From an uncultured Pelagibacteraceae bacterium (lineage in GTDB: Bacteria > Pseudomonadota > Alphaproteobacteria > Pelagibacterales > Pelagibacteraceae), in assembly GCA_902597725.1 (NCBI GenBank), contig CACJYQ010000001.1:18413-82412 (forward strand): a DNA stretch of 64,000 nucleotides, written 5' to 3'. Positions 18,730 to 29,165 of this stretch are shown here, piece after piece. A program made the position numbers and the translations under genes. The notes under the pieces are model-generated. The model searched no databases. It saw nothing but the letters and a program-made list of their open reading frames with translations, and was not told the DNA's origin. Each line of letters starts with the position of its first letter. Position 1 is the stretch's first letter.

Positions 18730-19029
18730 ATGAAAAAAGGTTATTGGGTAAGTTTATACTTTAAGATTGATAATCAAGAAAATATTAAAAAATATTCAGA
18801 ATTAGCAACACCAGTAATTAAAAGTTATGGTGGTGTCCCATTGATAAGAGGTGGCAAGCACGAGACCTTTGATGGTGATGATTTTAGTAGGACTGTTGTG
18901 TGGGAATTTCCAAGTTATGAGAAAGCACTAGAGTGTCATTCCTCTAAAGAATATCAAGATAGTTGGGCAGTAGCAAAAAAAACTACAAAAAGACATATGC
19001 AAGTTGTTGAAGGATTTAGTACTGAATAG
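18730..19029 (+). CDS. DUF1330 family protein
   Basis: YGG...RGG, VVWEFPS, S.EYQ, VEG pattern. Confidence 0.85.
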   Translation: MKKGYWVSLYFKIDNQENIKKYSELATPVIKSYGGVPLIRGGKHETFDGDDFSRTVVWEFPSYEKALECHSSKEYQDSWAVAKKTTKRHMQVVEGFSTE

Positions 19030-19651
19030 GCTCAGGATCTATGCTTCTCCATAAATACCACGTTGCAACAGAACAATAAGGACTAAATCTTTTTCTTAAT
19101 AATGATACAAATTTTTCAGGTGGTAAATATTTTTTTTTATAATTTTTTGAAATAGCTCTTAAAAGACCGATATCCTGAATTGGCCAAATATTTGATCTAT
19201 TGTATGTGAATAACAAGATCATTTCAGCTGACCATCTTCCTATTTGTCTTAATTGCGATAAGTAACTTATAGCCTCCTCATCCGTCATCTTATCAATCAA
19301 TTTAGGATTAAAAGTTTTTTCAATTGTTTGTTTGGCTAAACTCTTTATGCCTAATACTTTCTGTCTACTTAATCCGCAGCTTTTCAATTGAGCATAAGTG
19401 AGTCTAGATACTGTTTTGACGTTAATTTTATTTTTACATTTCTTTTTAAATTTAAGAAAAACAGAATTCGCTGCTGCAACACTTATTTGTTGTCCAATTA
19501 TACTTTTGCATAATGAAAAAAAAATATCTCTCCTAGAAGTTAAAATAGTTTCTGAGGGGCTTTCGTAACTTTTGATTAACTTAGAAAGTGTTTGATCTTT
19601 TTTAGATAAGTATTTTTTTGCTTTATTCCAATATTTAGGTACTTTAGTCAT
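19016..19651 (-). CDS. alkA: DNA-3-methyladenine glycosylase II (HhH-GPD)
   Basis: IIGQQISVAAA, IGRWSAEM, PIQDIG, YLWRS. Confidence 0.88.
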   Translation of the reverse strand: MTKVPKYWNKAKKYLSKKDQTLSKLIKSYESPSETILTSRRDIFFSLCKSIIGQQISVAAANSVFLKFKKKCKNKINVKTVSRLTYAQLKSCGLSRQKVLGIKSLAKQTIEKTFNPKLIDKMTDEEAISYLSQLRQIGRWSAEMILLFTYNRSNIWPIQDIGLLRAISKNYKKKYLPPEKFVSLLRKRFSPYCSVATWYLWRSIDPEPIQY

Positions 19652-20528
19652 TAATTGACCTAGATGTTATAATTTTTTTCTTATAAATCTCTCTTCTAAA
19701 AATTATAAGCGTTGAAACAATTACCAATAATGATCCTATTAACGTTTTAAACGTCGGTATCTCGTCCCAAATGAAATATCCAAATATAATAGCAAAAACT
19801 AAAGCCAAATATTTAAGGGGTGTTACTAAAGAAACCTCAGAAAATTTATATGATTGACTTAACCACAAGTTTGCAACACCTCCGAAAATACCTATCAAAG
19901 ATAAAAGTATGAAATGATTAAAAGTAGGCATAACCCAGCCCTGAGGGATAGTTAAAAAACTTAATAATGTAATTGCTAACGAAAAATAAAAAGAAATTAA
20001 CCACACTGGTTCGGTTGTTGACAGTTGTCTAATAGTTATAGCTACATAGGATAGACCTAAACAAAATATAATCGGAAAAATATAATAAATATTTAATTCA
20101 GTGATACCAGGTTCTGTGATTATGAGAATTCCAACAAAGCCTATGATCACTGCTAACCACCTAAAAATTCCAACTTTTTCATTTAATAGAAAAATAGATA
20201 ATATTGTTGTAAATATTGGAGCGGCAAAAGAGATGCTTACAACAGTTGCTAATGGCAGCTGCCTTAAAGCAATAAATATTGCAATTAGAGCTATTAATCC
20301 TGAGCCACATCTTAAAGCATGTAATCCTGGTCGTTGAGTTTTGTAAAAATTATGAAATCTTTCTTTTGGAATTATAAAAAAATAAAAAATTATTCCAAAA
20401 AAACCTCTAAAAAACAAAACCTGTCCGATAGGATAATCTATAGACCACTTTACAATTAAATCCATTAATGAAAATGCACAAATGGACAAAAACATGTACA
20501 AAAATCCCAATTGATTTTTACTTAGCAT
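19644..20528 (-). CDS. DMT/EamA family transporter
   Basis: Two EamA repeats, about 10 TM, LNEKVG motif. Confidence 0.88.
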   Translation of the reverse strand: MLSKNQLGFLYMFLSICAFSLMDLIVKWSIDYPIGQVLFFRGFFGIIFYFFIIPKERFHNFYKTQRPGLHALRCGSGLIALIAIFIALRQLPLATVVSISFAAPIFTTILSIFLLNEKVGIFRWLAVIIGFVGILIITEPGITELNIYYIFPIIFCLGLSYVAITIRQLSTTEPVWLISFYFSLAITLLSFLTIPQGWVMPTFNHFILLSLIGIFGGVANLWLSQSYKFSEVSLVTPLKYLALVFAIIFGYFIWDEIPTFKTLIGSLLVIVSTLIIFRREIYKKKIITSRSIND

Positions 20529-20563
20529 ATGAATAATTTGTAAATTAAATTAAATCTTATTCA

Positions 20564-21007
20564 ATGGAAATAGCTGTTTTAGCACTTGGATGTTTTTGGG
20601 GACCTGAAATTAAATTCAGTAAAATAGATGGCATAATCAAAACAGAAGTTGGCTACTGTGGAGGTAATAGCTCTATTACCACATATAAAGAAGTTTGCAC
20701 TGGTAATACAAATCATGCCGAGGTGGTTAAGCTAGATTTTGATGAAAAAATTATTTCTTACGAAAAAATTTTAAAAATATTTTTTCAAATTCATGATCCA
20801 ACTACTTTGAATTCTCAAGGACCAGATTTTGGAACTCAGTATAGAAGTGAAATATTTTATCTGAATGACAATCAAAAAATGATTGCTGAGAAGGTATTAA
20901 ACGAGGTGAACGAACGTTTATCTGGAAAAGTTGTGACAAAAATATCTTTACTAAAAAATTACTGTCCAGCTGAGGAATATCATCAAAAATACTTGGAAAA
21001 GCGGTAA
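20564..21007 (+). CDS. msrA: Peptide-methionine (S)-S-oxide reductase
   Basis: GCFWG, HAEVV, HDPT, GTQYRS, AEEYHQKY. Confidence 0.95.
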   Translation: MEIAVLALGCFWGPEIKFSKIDGIIKTEVGYCGGNSSITTYKEVCTGNTNHAEVVKLDFDEKIISYEKILKIFFQIHDPTTLNSQGPDFGTQYRSEIFYLNDNQKMIAEKVLNEVNERLSGKVVTKISLLKNYCPAEEYHQKYLEKR

Positions 21008-21008
21008 C

Positions 21009-21824
21009 ATGTCTTTAGTTGAAACTGATTGGTTAGAAAAAAACCTAACTAAGGTGAAAATTATTGACTGCTCTTGGCATATGCCTCAAACACAGAGAAG
21101 TGGATTTGAAGAATATAAATCTCTTCATATACCTAACGCAATTTTTTTTGATATAGATGAGAATTCAAAAAAAGATACTACTTTACCACATATGTTAGTT
21201 GACCAAATTAGTTGGGATAAAATTGTTTCAAACATGGGAATAAAAAAAAATGATGAAATAGTCATTTATGATAATTCAGATGTTATAAGCTCATGTCGTG
21301 GCTGGTTTAATTTTATCTATTACGGTCATGATCCAAAATTAATAAATGTTTTAAATGGTGGTTTAAGAAAATGGCTTAAAGAAAAAAAGAAAGTAACTGA
21401 TGAAATTTCAAATATAGATAAATCAGATTATAAAAGTAGCGAGAGAAAAGATCTTGTTAAGAGTAAACAAGCAATTAATCAAAATATAGACGAAAAAATA
21501 TTCACATTAATTGATGCTCGAAGTAGAGAAAGATTTGAGGGTAAAATCCCTGAACCCAGAAAAGGTCTTAGAAGCGGATGTATAAAAAACTCTTTTTGTA
21601 TACCATTTAATGACTGTCTAAATGACGATAAAACTTTTAAAAATAAAGATGAGCTTAAAAAAATTTTTAAGACAAGTATTGAAAGTTTAGAACAAAAAAA
21701 GATTGTTTTTTCATGTGGTTCAGGTGTTACAGCGTGTGTTTTGGCACTAGCTTATTCTTTAATTAATGATAAATATCTTCCTTGTATATATGATGGCTCT
21801 TGGGCCGAATACGGATTAATTTAA
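21009..21824 (+). CDS. sseA: 3-mercaptopyruvate sulfurtransferase (tandem rhodanese)
   Basis: HIPNA, DARS, CGSGVTAC, YDGSWAEY. Confidence 0.9.
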   Translation: MSLVETDWLEKNLTKVKIIDCSWHMPQTQRSGFEEYKSLHIPNAIFFDIDENSKKDTTLPHMLVDQISWDKIVSNMGIKKNDEIVIYDNSDVISSCRGWFNFIYYGHDPKLINVLNGGLRKWLKEKKKVTDEISNIDKSDYKSSERKDLVKSKQAINQNIDEKIFTLIDARSRERFEGKIPEPRKGLRSGCIKNSFCIPFNDCLNDDKTFKNKDELKKIFKTSIESLEQKKIVFSCGSGVTACVLALAYSLINDKYLPCIYDGSWAEYGLI

Positions 21825-21831
21825 TTTTTAT

Positions 21832-22701
21832 ATGAAAAGATCTACGAAAACGATTTCAATAATATTTGTGTTTTTTCTAATAATTGCAATTGTAATTGTT
21901 GGAAGATCCATGATTGGTAATCATTTTAAAAAAAAATTCAGTAAGATACCACCGCCAGGAATAATTGTGACTGAAGTTATTGAAAAAGAATTCTCTGAAC
22001 AAATAGAAACATACGGTACAGCAATTTCTAAAAAATCAAAAACTTTTAAGATTAAAAAAGATGATATTTTTGAGGATTTAAAACTTAAGAATTTTGTTAA
22101 AAAAGGAGATGTTTTAATTAAATTAAAAAGTGGGGATATATTGGCTCCATTTAGTGGGGTTCTTGGTTATACAGGTTTAACTGAGGACATTCTTGTTTCA
22201 AATAACATATTTATCATTACACTTGATGATAATTCAATAATTTACTCAGATATTAAAATTCCAGAAAGTTACTCTAAATTTATAAAAAAAGGTCTTCCAG
22301 TCGAAGTTACCTTATCTAGTTTTAAAGATAAAACTTTTTCAGGTGAAATAGATTTTGTTTCAAGCAGAATAAATGCGGACACCAGAAGTTTGTTATCAAG
22401 AATAAAAGTGGAAAACGAAAATTTAGAATTAATTTCAGGTTCACTTTTAGAGGTAAGAGTAAAATTTGATTTGAGAAGTTCTTTAAGTGTACCTGATACA
22501 AGTGTGATGATAGAGGGCGATAAATCATATGTTTACAAAATTAATGCAGAAAATATTGCAAATAAAACTGAGGTAAAAACTGGCCTTAGAGGTGATAGTA
22601 ACATTGAAATAATTTCAGGCTTAAATGCGGGTGATATAATTGTAGCTGAGGGTCTAAAGAAGGTAAGGCCTCGTGGAAAAATAAAACCTATTAATAAATA
22701 A
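21832..22701 (+). CDS. RND periplasmic adaptor (MFP), short form lacking the alpha-hairpin
   Basis: N-terminal TM, VKKGDVL / ILAPFSG lipoyl halves, SRINADTRS, EIISGL..GD; coupled to RND permease. Confidence 0.88.
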   Translation: MKRSTKTISIIFVFFLIIAIVIVGRSMIGNHFKKKFSKIPPPGIIVTEVIEKEFSEQIETYGTAISKKSKTFKIKKDDIFEDLKLKNFVKKGDVLIKLKSGDILAPFSGVLGYTGLTEDILVSNNIFIITLDDNSIIYSDIKIPESYSKFIKKGLPVEVTLSSFKDKTFSGEIDFVSSRINADTRSLLSRIKVENENLELISGSLLEVRVKFDLRSSLSVPDTSVMIEGDKSYVYKINAENIANKTEVKTGLRGDSNIEIISGLNAGDIIVAEGLKKVRPRGKIKPINK

Positions 22702-25700
22702 TGTTTATTACTGAATTAAGTATTAAAAGACCGACGGTATCTTGGGTTATGTCACTAATACTGATCATATTCGGTTTATTTGTTTTTTGGAAATTACCCG
22801 TTAGAGAATTGCCCAATGGAATTCAACCACCTGTTGTTCAAGTTCAAGTAGACTACAAGTCTGCATCAGCTTCAATAGTAGATCAAGAAGTCACACAAGT
22901 TGTTGAAGATGTTATTGGTGGGGCGGAGGGTATAAAAAATATAGACTCCAAATCTGAAAATGGAAGAAGTACAATTAATGTCGAGTTTGATACGAGTATT
23001 GATCTAGATAATGCCGCCAATGATATAAGAGAAAGAGTTGCAAGAGTTGTGGATAACTTACCAACAGAATCAGATCCACCGCAAATACTTAAACGAGCTG
23101 CAGGGTTTACAACAACAATGTGGCTGTCATTATCCTCATCTTCATGGAGCGACCTTGAGTTAGGAGATTACGCGGAGAGATATCTTGTAGACCAATTTTC
23201 AAGTGTTAAAAATGTTGGAAGAATAAGGGTTGGTGGATTACGAGAATTAAGCATTAGAGTTTGGATTAATCCTATTAAACTAGCAGCTAATGATTTAACC
23301 ATTAAAGAAGTTGAATTTGCAATTCGTGGAGAAAATATAAGTTTGCCTGCAGGAACGTTAGAAGCAGATAATATCGACTTAACACTAAATCTAGATAAAT
23401 CATACAACGATATTGAAACTATAAAGCAAATACCCATCAAAAAAAGTAGTAATCGTGTAATTCAGTTATCAGACGTAGCAAATGTTGAATTCGGCCCAGT
23501 ATCAGAGAAAACTCTTTTTAAAGCTCAAACTAAAGATCAAATAAATTTGAAAACCGTAGGAATAGGTATCTACGCAAGAAGTGGTGCTTCAACGGTAGAA
23601 CTTTCAAATGATATCAAAAAAAAAATTGTTGAAGTAAAAAAATCTTTACCAGAAGAATTAGATTTAAGGGTTTCGTTTAATAGAGCTAACTATGTTGAGG
23701 CTGCGATTGAAGAAGTATATAAAACTTTGGTCATTGCGTTTATCTTAGTTGTATTAATAATTTATTTATTTTTAGGGAATTTAAAGGCAGTCATCGTACC
23801 TGCTATTGCACTACCCGTGAGTTTAATAGCTTCCTTTCTCGGCTTATACATATTTGATCTCTCTATTAATATTTTTGTCCTTTTAAGTTTTATTTTAGCG
23901 ATTGGTATAATCACAGACGACTCAGTAATTATGACAGATGCAATATACAGACGAATAGAGAATGGTGAGACCCCACTTGTTGCAGCTTATAAAGGCTCTA
24001 AACAAATTTCTTTTGCTATCGTAGCTACAACACTAATTCTAGTAGCAGTTTTCTTACCATTAATATTTGTTGAGGGAATTTCTGGAACATTATTTAGAGA
24101 AACAGCGATTGCATTATCTTTTTCAATTGTAGTTTCTTCTTTTGTTGCATTAACTTTATCCCCAATGCTTGCAAGTAAATTTTTATACAAAAAAAAATCA
24201 AAAAAAATTTTTATCCAAAAATTTGAAAAAATTTTTTCCAACTTCGCAAAATTTTATGAGGAAACTTTAGTTGGTGTTATTAATAAAACTAAAAGTGTAA
24301 GTTTTTTTATTATTTTTATAATAATTGCTTCAGCGCTTTTATTTAGTTTTTCAAAAAAAGAACTTTTGCCTATGGAGGATCGGGGAGCATATCTAATAAT
24401 TGGCTCAACTGATGAAGGAAGTTCTTTTGAATATACTCAAGAACAAGCCCAAAAAGTAGAGGCAAGACTTATTCCTTTGCTACAAGCTGAGGATAGTCCA
24501 TATTCAAGATTTATAATGCGTGTTCCAGGATTTGGAAATTCAGCTAATTCATATAATAGTTTTATAATAATCGCTCTCCTTGATGATTGGAAAAATCGTA
24601 AAAAAGGTCAACAAGTTGTTCTTAGAGAAGCGATTGGGAAAATAGTAACTTTACCCCAAGCCCTAGCTTTTCCTATATCTCCTCAATCTATAAGAGTATC
24701 AAATTACAACAAACCAGTTCAAATGGTCATTTATGGAAATACTTATGAGGAACTTGAGGCGATACAAAAAAAAGTTATACGAACACTCAGATCTAATAAA
24801 AATCTCTCAAGAATTGAGTCTGATTATAATCGAAACAAACCAGAGGTAAAATTAATAATAAATAAAAATAAAGCCAAAGATCTAGGTGTCTCAACTAAAT
24901 CAATTGGTGAAACACTTGAAACACTTTACGGAGGTAAAAAAATAACGACTTTTAATAAATTAGGCAAAGAATATCCAATAATTGTTCAACAATATTTATC
25001 TGACCGAAGAAATAAAGAGGGTGTTTCAAAAATATTTGTTCGCTCTGAAACAAATGGAAAATTAATATCTTTAGCAAATCTTGTTAGTTTTAAGGAAGAG
25101 GGTTCAGCAAAGGAACTTGCTAGATATAATAGACAACGAGCAGTAACAATTTCTGCAAATATTAATGAGGGGTATACACTAACAGAAGCAATTAAATACT
25201 TCGAAAATGTTATGGATGATATAGCACCAGGAAACCAAATTACTTGGAAAGGAAAGTCAGAGGAAATAAAAGAGACAAGTAATGAATTATTTGTAATTTT
25301 TGCTTTAGCTTTACTAACTGCTTATTTGGTTATGGCTGCAACATTCAACTCATTCATTCATCCATTTGTAATAATCTTAACAGTGCCTTTGGCTATTTTT
25401 GGAGGATTAGTGTTTATTTTATTTTTAAATAGCTCAGTAAATATTTTTTCACAAATTGCCTTAATTATACTAATAGGTATCTCAACTAAAAATAGTATTT
25501 TAATTGTAGATTACGCAAACCAAATTAGGTCTAGTGGAAAATCAATTGAAATAGCTGTTAAAGAAGCGTGCGCTGTTCGTTTTAGACCAATTATAATGAC
25601 ATCACTTAGTACCATGATTGCAATGATGCCTTTAGTGATTGGAAATTTTGGCCCAGGTGCAGGAGAAGGGTCAAGATTAGCAGTTGGTTCTACAATATTA

Positions 25701-25829
25701 GGGGGAATGATTATTTCAACTTTCTTTACTTTGTATGTGACTCCCTCAATGTATCTTGCGTTAGCAAAAAATACAAAAAGGATTGATATAGTTGACTTAG
25801 AACTAAAAAAAGAATTGTCTAAAAAATAA
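22701..25829 (+). CDS. RND efflux permease (AcrB/AcrD/AcrF family)
   Basis: 1042 aa; TM4 TDDSVI, TM10 TKNSIL, RFRPIIMT proton-relay motifs. Confidence 0.95.
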   Translation: MFITELSIKRPTVSWVMSLILIIFGLFVFWKLPVRELPNGIQPPVVQVQVDYKSASASIVDQEVTQVVEDVIGGAEGIKNIDSKSENGRSTINVEFDTSIDLDNAANDIRERVARVVDNLPTESDPPQILKRAAGFTTTMWLSLSSSSWSDLELGDYAERYLVDQFSSVKNVGRIRVGGLRELSIRVWINPIKLAANDLTIKEVEFAIRGENISLPAGTLEADNIDLTLNLDKSYNDIETIKQIPIKKSSNRVIQLSDVANVEFGPVSEKTLFKAQTKDQINLKTVGIGIYARSGASTVELSNDIKKKIVEVKKSLPEELDLRVSFNRANYVEAAIEEVYKTLVIAFILVVLIIYLFLGNLKAVIVPAIALPVSLIASFLGLYIFDLSINIFVLLSFILAIGIITDDSVIMTDAIYRRIENGETPLVAAYKGSKQISFAIVATTLILVAVFLPLIFVEGISGTLFRETAIALSFSIVVSSFVALTLSPMLASKFLYKKKSKKIFIQKFEKIFSNFAKFYEETLVGVINKTKSVSFFIIFIIIASALLFSFSKKELLPMEDRGAYLIIGSTDEGSSFEYTQEQAQKVEARLIPLLQAEDSPYSRFIMRVPGFGNSANSYNSFIIIALLDDWKNRKKGQQVVLREAIGKIVTLPQALAFPISPQSIRVSNYNKPVQMVIYGNTYEELEAIQKKVIRTLRSNKNLSRIESDYNRNKPEVKLIINKNKAKDLGVSTKSIGETLETLYGGKKITTFNKLGKEYPIIVQQYLSDRRNKEGVSKIFVRSETNGKLISLANLVSFKEEGSAKELARYNRQRAVTISANINEGYTLTEAIKYFENVMDDIAPGNQITWKGKSEEIKETSNELFVIFALALLTAYLVMAATFNSFIHPFVIILTVPLAIFGGLVFILFLNSSVNIFSQIALIILIGISTKNSILIVDYANQIRSSGKSIEIAVKEACAVRFRPIIMTSLSTMIAMMPLVIGNFGPGAGEGSRLAVGSTILGGMIISTFFTLYVTPSMYLALAKNTKRIDIVDLELKKELSKK

Positions 25830-26418
25830 TATATTTTTTTCTATTTAATTTGCTTTTACATTTCAATAATTGATTTTTATATTTATTAGATTGTCTCTCA
25901 ACTTTTTTTGCTAGTCCAATTACTTTTTTATTTTTTTTATAATTTTTATAATTTCCCCATCCTTCATGATATGCAAGATACTGTTTGAAAGCATCTTTCT
26001 TTGATATCTTTAAAATGTTTTCTGATTTATTTGTATACCATCCAATGAAGTCGACACTGTCTTTAAATCTTGCTCTTGTTGCTAATTTATTACCAGTTTC
26101 TCTTTTATATTGCTCCCAAGTTCCTTTGACTGCTTGCGAATAACCAAAAGAGCTGGAAGGCCGCTTATAAGGTATCACTTTAAAAATTTTTTGTCTTGCC
26201 GGTTTAGCAAGCCAATCAAAATCAGACTCCATTTTTATTATAGCTAATTGAATATATATAGGCGTGCCCCACTTTTGCTCAACTTTTTTCGTATGTTTAT
26301 ACCATAGATATCTTTCACTAAAAATTGAACAACTGTTAGAAGTGTTTGAAGGAATTGATGAGCATCCAATTGTAAAAAAATAAATAAAAATTAATAATTT
26401 ATTTTTTAAATCTCCCAT
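25819..26418 (-). CDS. Transglycosylase SLT-domain lipoprotein
   Basis: TIGC lipobox, IIKMESDF catalytic Glu, SSSFGYSQA, YLAYHEG. Confidence 0.8.
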   Translation of the reverse strand: MGDLKNKLLIFIYFFTIGCSSIPSNTSNSCSIFSERYLWYKHTKKVEQKWGTPIYIQLAIIKMESDFDWLAKPARQKIFKVIPYKRPSSSFGYSQAVKGTWEQYKRETGNKLATRARFKDSVDFIGWYTNKSENILKISKKDAFKQYLAYHEGWGNYKNYKKNKKVIGLAKKVERQSNKYKNQLLKCKSKLNRKKYIIF

Positions 26419-26794
26419 ATTTATTTATAAAATTATTAAGAAGAATTACAACAATAACACCCAATAAATTTCCAAATAAATCAGACCATTGAAAACTTCT
26501 TTCAGGTATAAATAGATGAAAAATTTCAAGCGTGATAGAAAGAAAAATTAAATATAATAGTAATAAGATATTTTTCTTAGAATTAGCAAAAGTTAAAAAA
26601 CCAATAATTGAAATTAATACAAATACATAAAAATGATTTGATGATATAACAAAATTTGGTGTTATTTGAGGTTGTATACTTTTATTGTCATAAATTATCC
26701 AGCCTAATAGACTTCCAGGATATAGATATAGAATAATTAAAAGGACATTAATTAAATAAAATATTACTTTATATGTAGAAAAAAATTTTGACAT
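26399..26794 (-). CDS. VanZ-like membrane protein
   Basis: HF, LEIFHLFIPERSFQWSDLFGNLLG. Confidence 0.8.
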   Translation of the reverse strand: MSKFFSTYKVIFYLINVLLIILYLYPGSLLGWIIYDNKSIQPQITPNFVISSNHFYVFVLISIIGFLTFANSKKNILLLLYLIFLSITLEIFHLFIPERSFQWSDLFGNLLGVIVVILLNNFINKYGRFKK

Positions 26795-26839
26795 TTAGTT
26801 AAATGAATTTTTTATAAATAATTTTTTAGATATGACAAG

Positions 26840-27553
26840 ATGAGTTTTTTGATATTAGTAAGACATGGTCAGAGTATTTGGAATCTTGAAAAAAGATTCA
26901 CCGGTTGGGTTGATGTAGATCTCACAGATCAAGGTAAAATAGAAGCCGAGAGAGCCGGTTTACTTATCAAAAATCAAAATATAAATATAGATTTTTATTA
27001 TTCCTCGTTTCAAGTAAGAGCAAACCATACTCTTAAAATAATACAAAAAGTATTAAAATCAAAAAAGAATTTTACAAGAGCCTGGCAGCTAAACGAAAGA
27101 CACTATGGTGAGCTTACAGGGTTGAATAAAATTGAGACTGCAAAAAAAATCGGTGAAGATAAAGTTTTTGAATTTCGAAGATCTTGGGATATCAAGCCCG
27201 GTAAGCTTAGTAGAGAAAGCTCTTACCATCCAGTAAACATTGAAACATACGAGAAAATACCCAAAGAGCTCATCCCTGACACAGAATCTTTAAAAGATAC
27301 ATACAACAGAGTTTTGGAGTATTTCAAAAAAGAAATACAACCTAAACTAACAAATAAAAATATATTAATTACAGCACACGGAAACTCTATAAGAGCTTTA
27401 TGTAAATATCTTTTCAATTTAGATAACAATCAAATCTCAAGTTTAGAAATTCCAACAGGAAATCCCTTGATAATCAATTTCGGTGAAAATTTGAAAATAA
27501 ATGAATGTAAATATCTAGATAAAGAGAGATCTAAGAACCTTTTAGTTTTTTAA
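26840..27553 (+). CDS. gpmA: 2,3-BPG-dependent phosphoglycerate mutase
   Basis: RHGQS, RFTGW, LNERHYG, AHGNS, IPTG. Confidence 0.95.
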   Translation: MSFLILVRHGQSIWNLEKRFTGWVDVDLTDQGKIEAERAGLLIKNQNINIDFYYSSFQVRANHTLKIIQKVLKSKKNFTRAWQLNERHYGELTGLNKIETAKKIGEDKVFEFRRSWDIKPGKLSRESSYHPVNIETYEKIPKELIPDTESLKDTYNRVLEYFKKEIQPKLTNKNILITAHGNSIRALCKYLFNLDNNQISSLEIPTGNPLIINFGENLKINECKYLDKERSKNLLVF

Positions 27554-28220
27554 AAATTTCTAAGTTCGTTAAATGGTGAAATTTATTGGTGCTCTCAAAT
27601 CCACTTAACTGTTGTTTCATTAATAATTTATTCCAAATTTTAGCAACTGAGAAGTTTTCTACTTCATATTCATTAAATAAGTTTTTATTCAAAATTTGAC
27701 AACCAGTATATATAAAGTTTTTTTCAAAACTTTGTTTAATTATATTATTTTCTAAATCAAAATCGCCCTCTAGGTTATTATCAAAACTTAGTTTTTTATT
27801 AACTAACAAAAGAATATTATTTAATTTATTTTGAAAATAATATTTTTGCATATCGTTAATTTCACTCACATAATTTTCATTCCAAATAGTATCAGGATTA
27901 AAAACAAAAAAATCCTCACAATCTGAGTGGTTGATCAAATTTAAAATTCCTCCACCAGTATCTAAAATTTCTTTACCGTCCCCTATAATTTTTATTTTTA
28001 CTGAAAAATTTTTATTTTTAAAAAAGTCAATAATTTGCTCACTTAAATAAAAAGTATTTAAAAAAATATTTTCAACTTTCAGTTTTATTACAGTATTAAT
28101 ACAATCCTCTAAAATTGTTTGATTTTTGATTTGAAGTAATGGTTTGGGTTTTTTAAGAGTTAAAGGATTTAGTCTTTTGCCAAATCCAGCACAGAGAATA
28201 AAGGCATTATTAATTTTCAT
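27531..28220 (-). CDS. murU: Nucleotidyltransferase, MurU-like (MurNAc-1-P uridylyltransferase)
   Basis: ILCAGFGKRLNPLT..PKPL, LDTGGG; downstream of amgK-like gene. Confidence 0.75.
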   Translation of the reverse strand: MKINNAFILCAGFGKRLNPLTLKKPKPLLQIKNQTILEDCINTVIKLKVENIFLNTFYLSEQIIDFFKNKNFSVKIKIIGDGKEILDTGGGILNLINHSDCEDFFVFNPDTIWNENYVSEINDMQKYYFQNKLNNILLLVNKKLSFDNNLEGDFDLENNIIKQSFEKNFIYTGCQILNKNLFNEYEVENFSVAKIWNKLLMKQQLSGFESTNKFHHLTNLEIFKKLKGS

Positions 28221-29155
28221 AAATTTTTTTTAAAATTATTATTTAGTAATTTTTTTAAATCTAAGAAAATTTCATTTTCATTGATTCTTAAGGAAATCAA
28301 TTCCCACGCATAAGGTATTAATTTTAGATAATCCTTTTTTTTATCTTGGATTGCGAGACGTGTAAATATTCCAATTATTTTCAGGTTTCTTAAAATAGAT
28401 AAAATTTCAAAATCATTTTTTATTTTTTTCTTATCAATCTTTTTTTGAGTTTTTATATAAAAATCAAAAATTTTTTTTTTTAGAGCTTTTGAGGTTCTTA
28501 ATCTTACATCATCTACTAAAGAAGCTAAATCATAAGCTCTATTTCCTATTAAAGCATCTTGACTATCAATTACACCTATTCTGTTATTAACAAGCATTAA
28601 ATTTGATACATGAAAATCCCTATGAACAAATACATTTTTTTTCATCTTAAGACATAAAGATAAAGTTTTAATTATTTTTTTAAACTTTTTATTAAAGTCT
28701 TGTCTCTTATTTTTTGACAAATTTTTTTTCACATACCACTCACAAAATAAATTAGCTTCCTGAATTAATGTTTTATCTTTATATTCAGGTATTCGATAAT
28801 ATTTATTTTTAAAATTTCTTATTTTTTTATCTTTTATTGACTGTATTTGATTAAGCAATTTAATTATATCTTTAAAATATAATAATTTTTTATTTTTATT
28901 TTTCTTTAAAATTTGAAAAATTGTCTTATTTCCAAAATCCTCAACTTCAATATAATTATTTTTATAACTCTCTTTATATAATTTTGGAGCTAGAACTTTA
29001 TTTTTATTTAAAATATTGCTAATTGCAGCATAAACAAGAAGATTTTTAAATTTGTCCTTTTTTGCTTGAATTACAATAGAATTACCATAATTAGATTTTT
29101 TTCTAAAAAACTTTCTATGTGACGCGTCTCCTTTTAATTTTTTAAGATTTTGCAT
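28217..29155 (-). CDS. amgK: AmgK-like anomeric MurNAc/GlcNAc kinase (APH fold)
   Basis: GDASHRKFFR, HRDFHVSNLM, IDSQDA, YDLASL; tsaE-amgK-murU order. Confidence 0.8.
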   Translation of the reverse strand: MQNLKKLKGDASHRKFFRKKSNYGNSIVIQAKKDKFKNLLVYAAISNILNKNKVLAPKLYKESYKNNYIEVEDFGNKTIFQILKKNKNKKLLYFKDIIKLLNQIQSIKDKKIRNFKNKYYRIPEYKDKTLIQEANLFCEWYVKKNLSKNKRQDFNKKFKKIIKTLSLCLKMKKNVFVHRDFHVSNLMLVNNRIGVIDSQDALIGNRAYDLASLVDDVRLRTSKALKKKIFDFYIKTQKKIDKKKIKNDFEILSILRNLKIIGIFTRLAIQDKKKDYLKLIPYAWELISLRINENEIFLDLKKLLNNNFKKNL

Positions 29156-29165
29156 TTATCTATAA

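Noticed and set aside
26399-26794. Glycopeptide resistance locus
   Set aside because: Lone VanZ-like membrane protein without any van genes; family is widespread
28217-29155. Aminoglycoside resistance kinase
   Set aside because: Motifs and tsaE/murU context fit AmgK, a cell-wall recycling kinase
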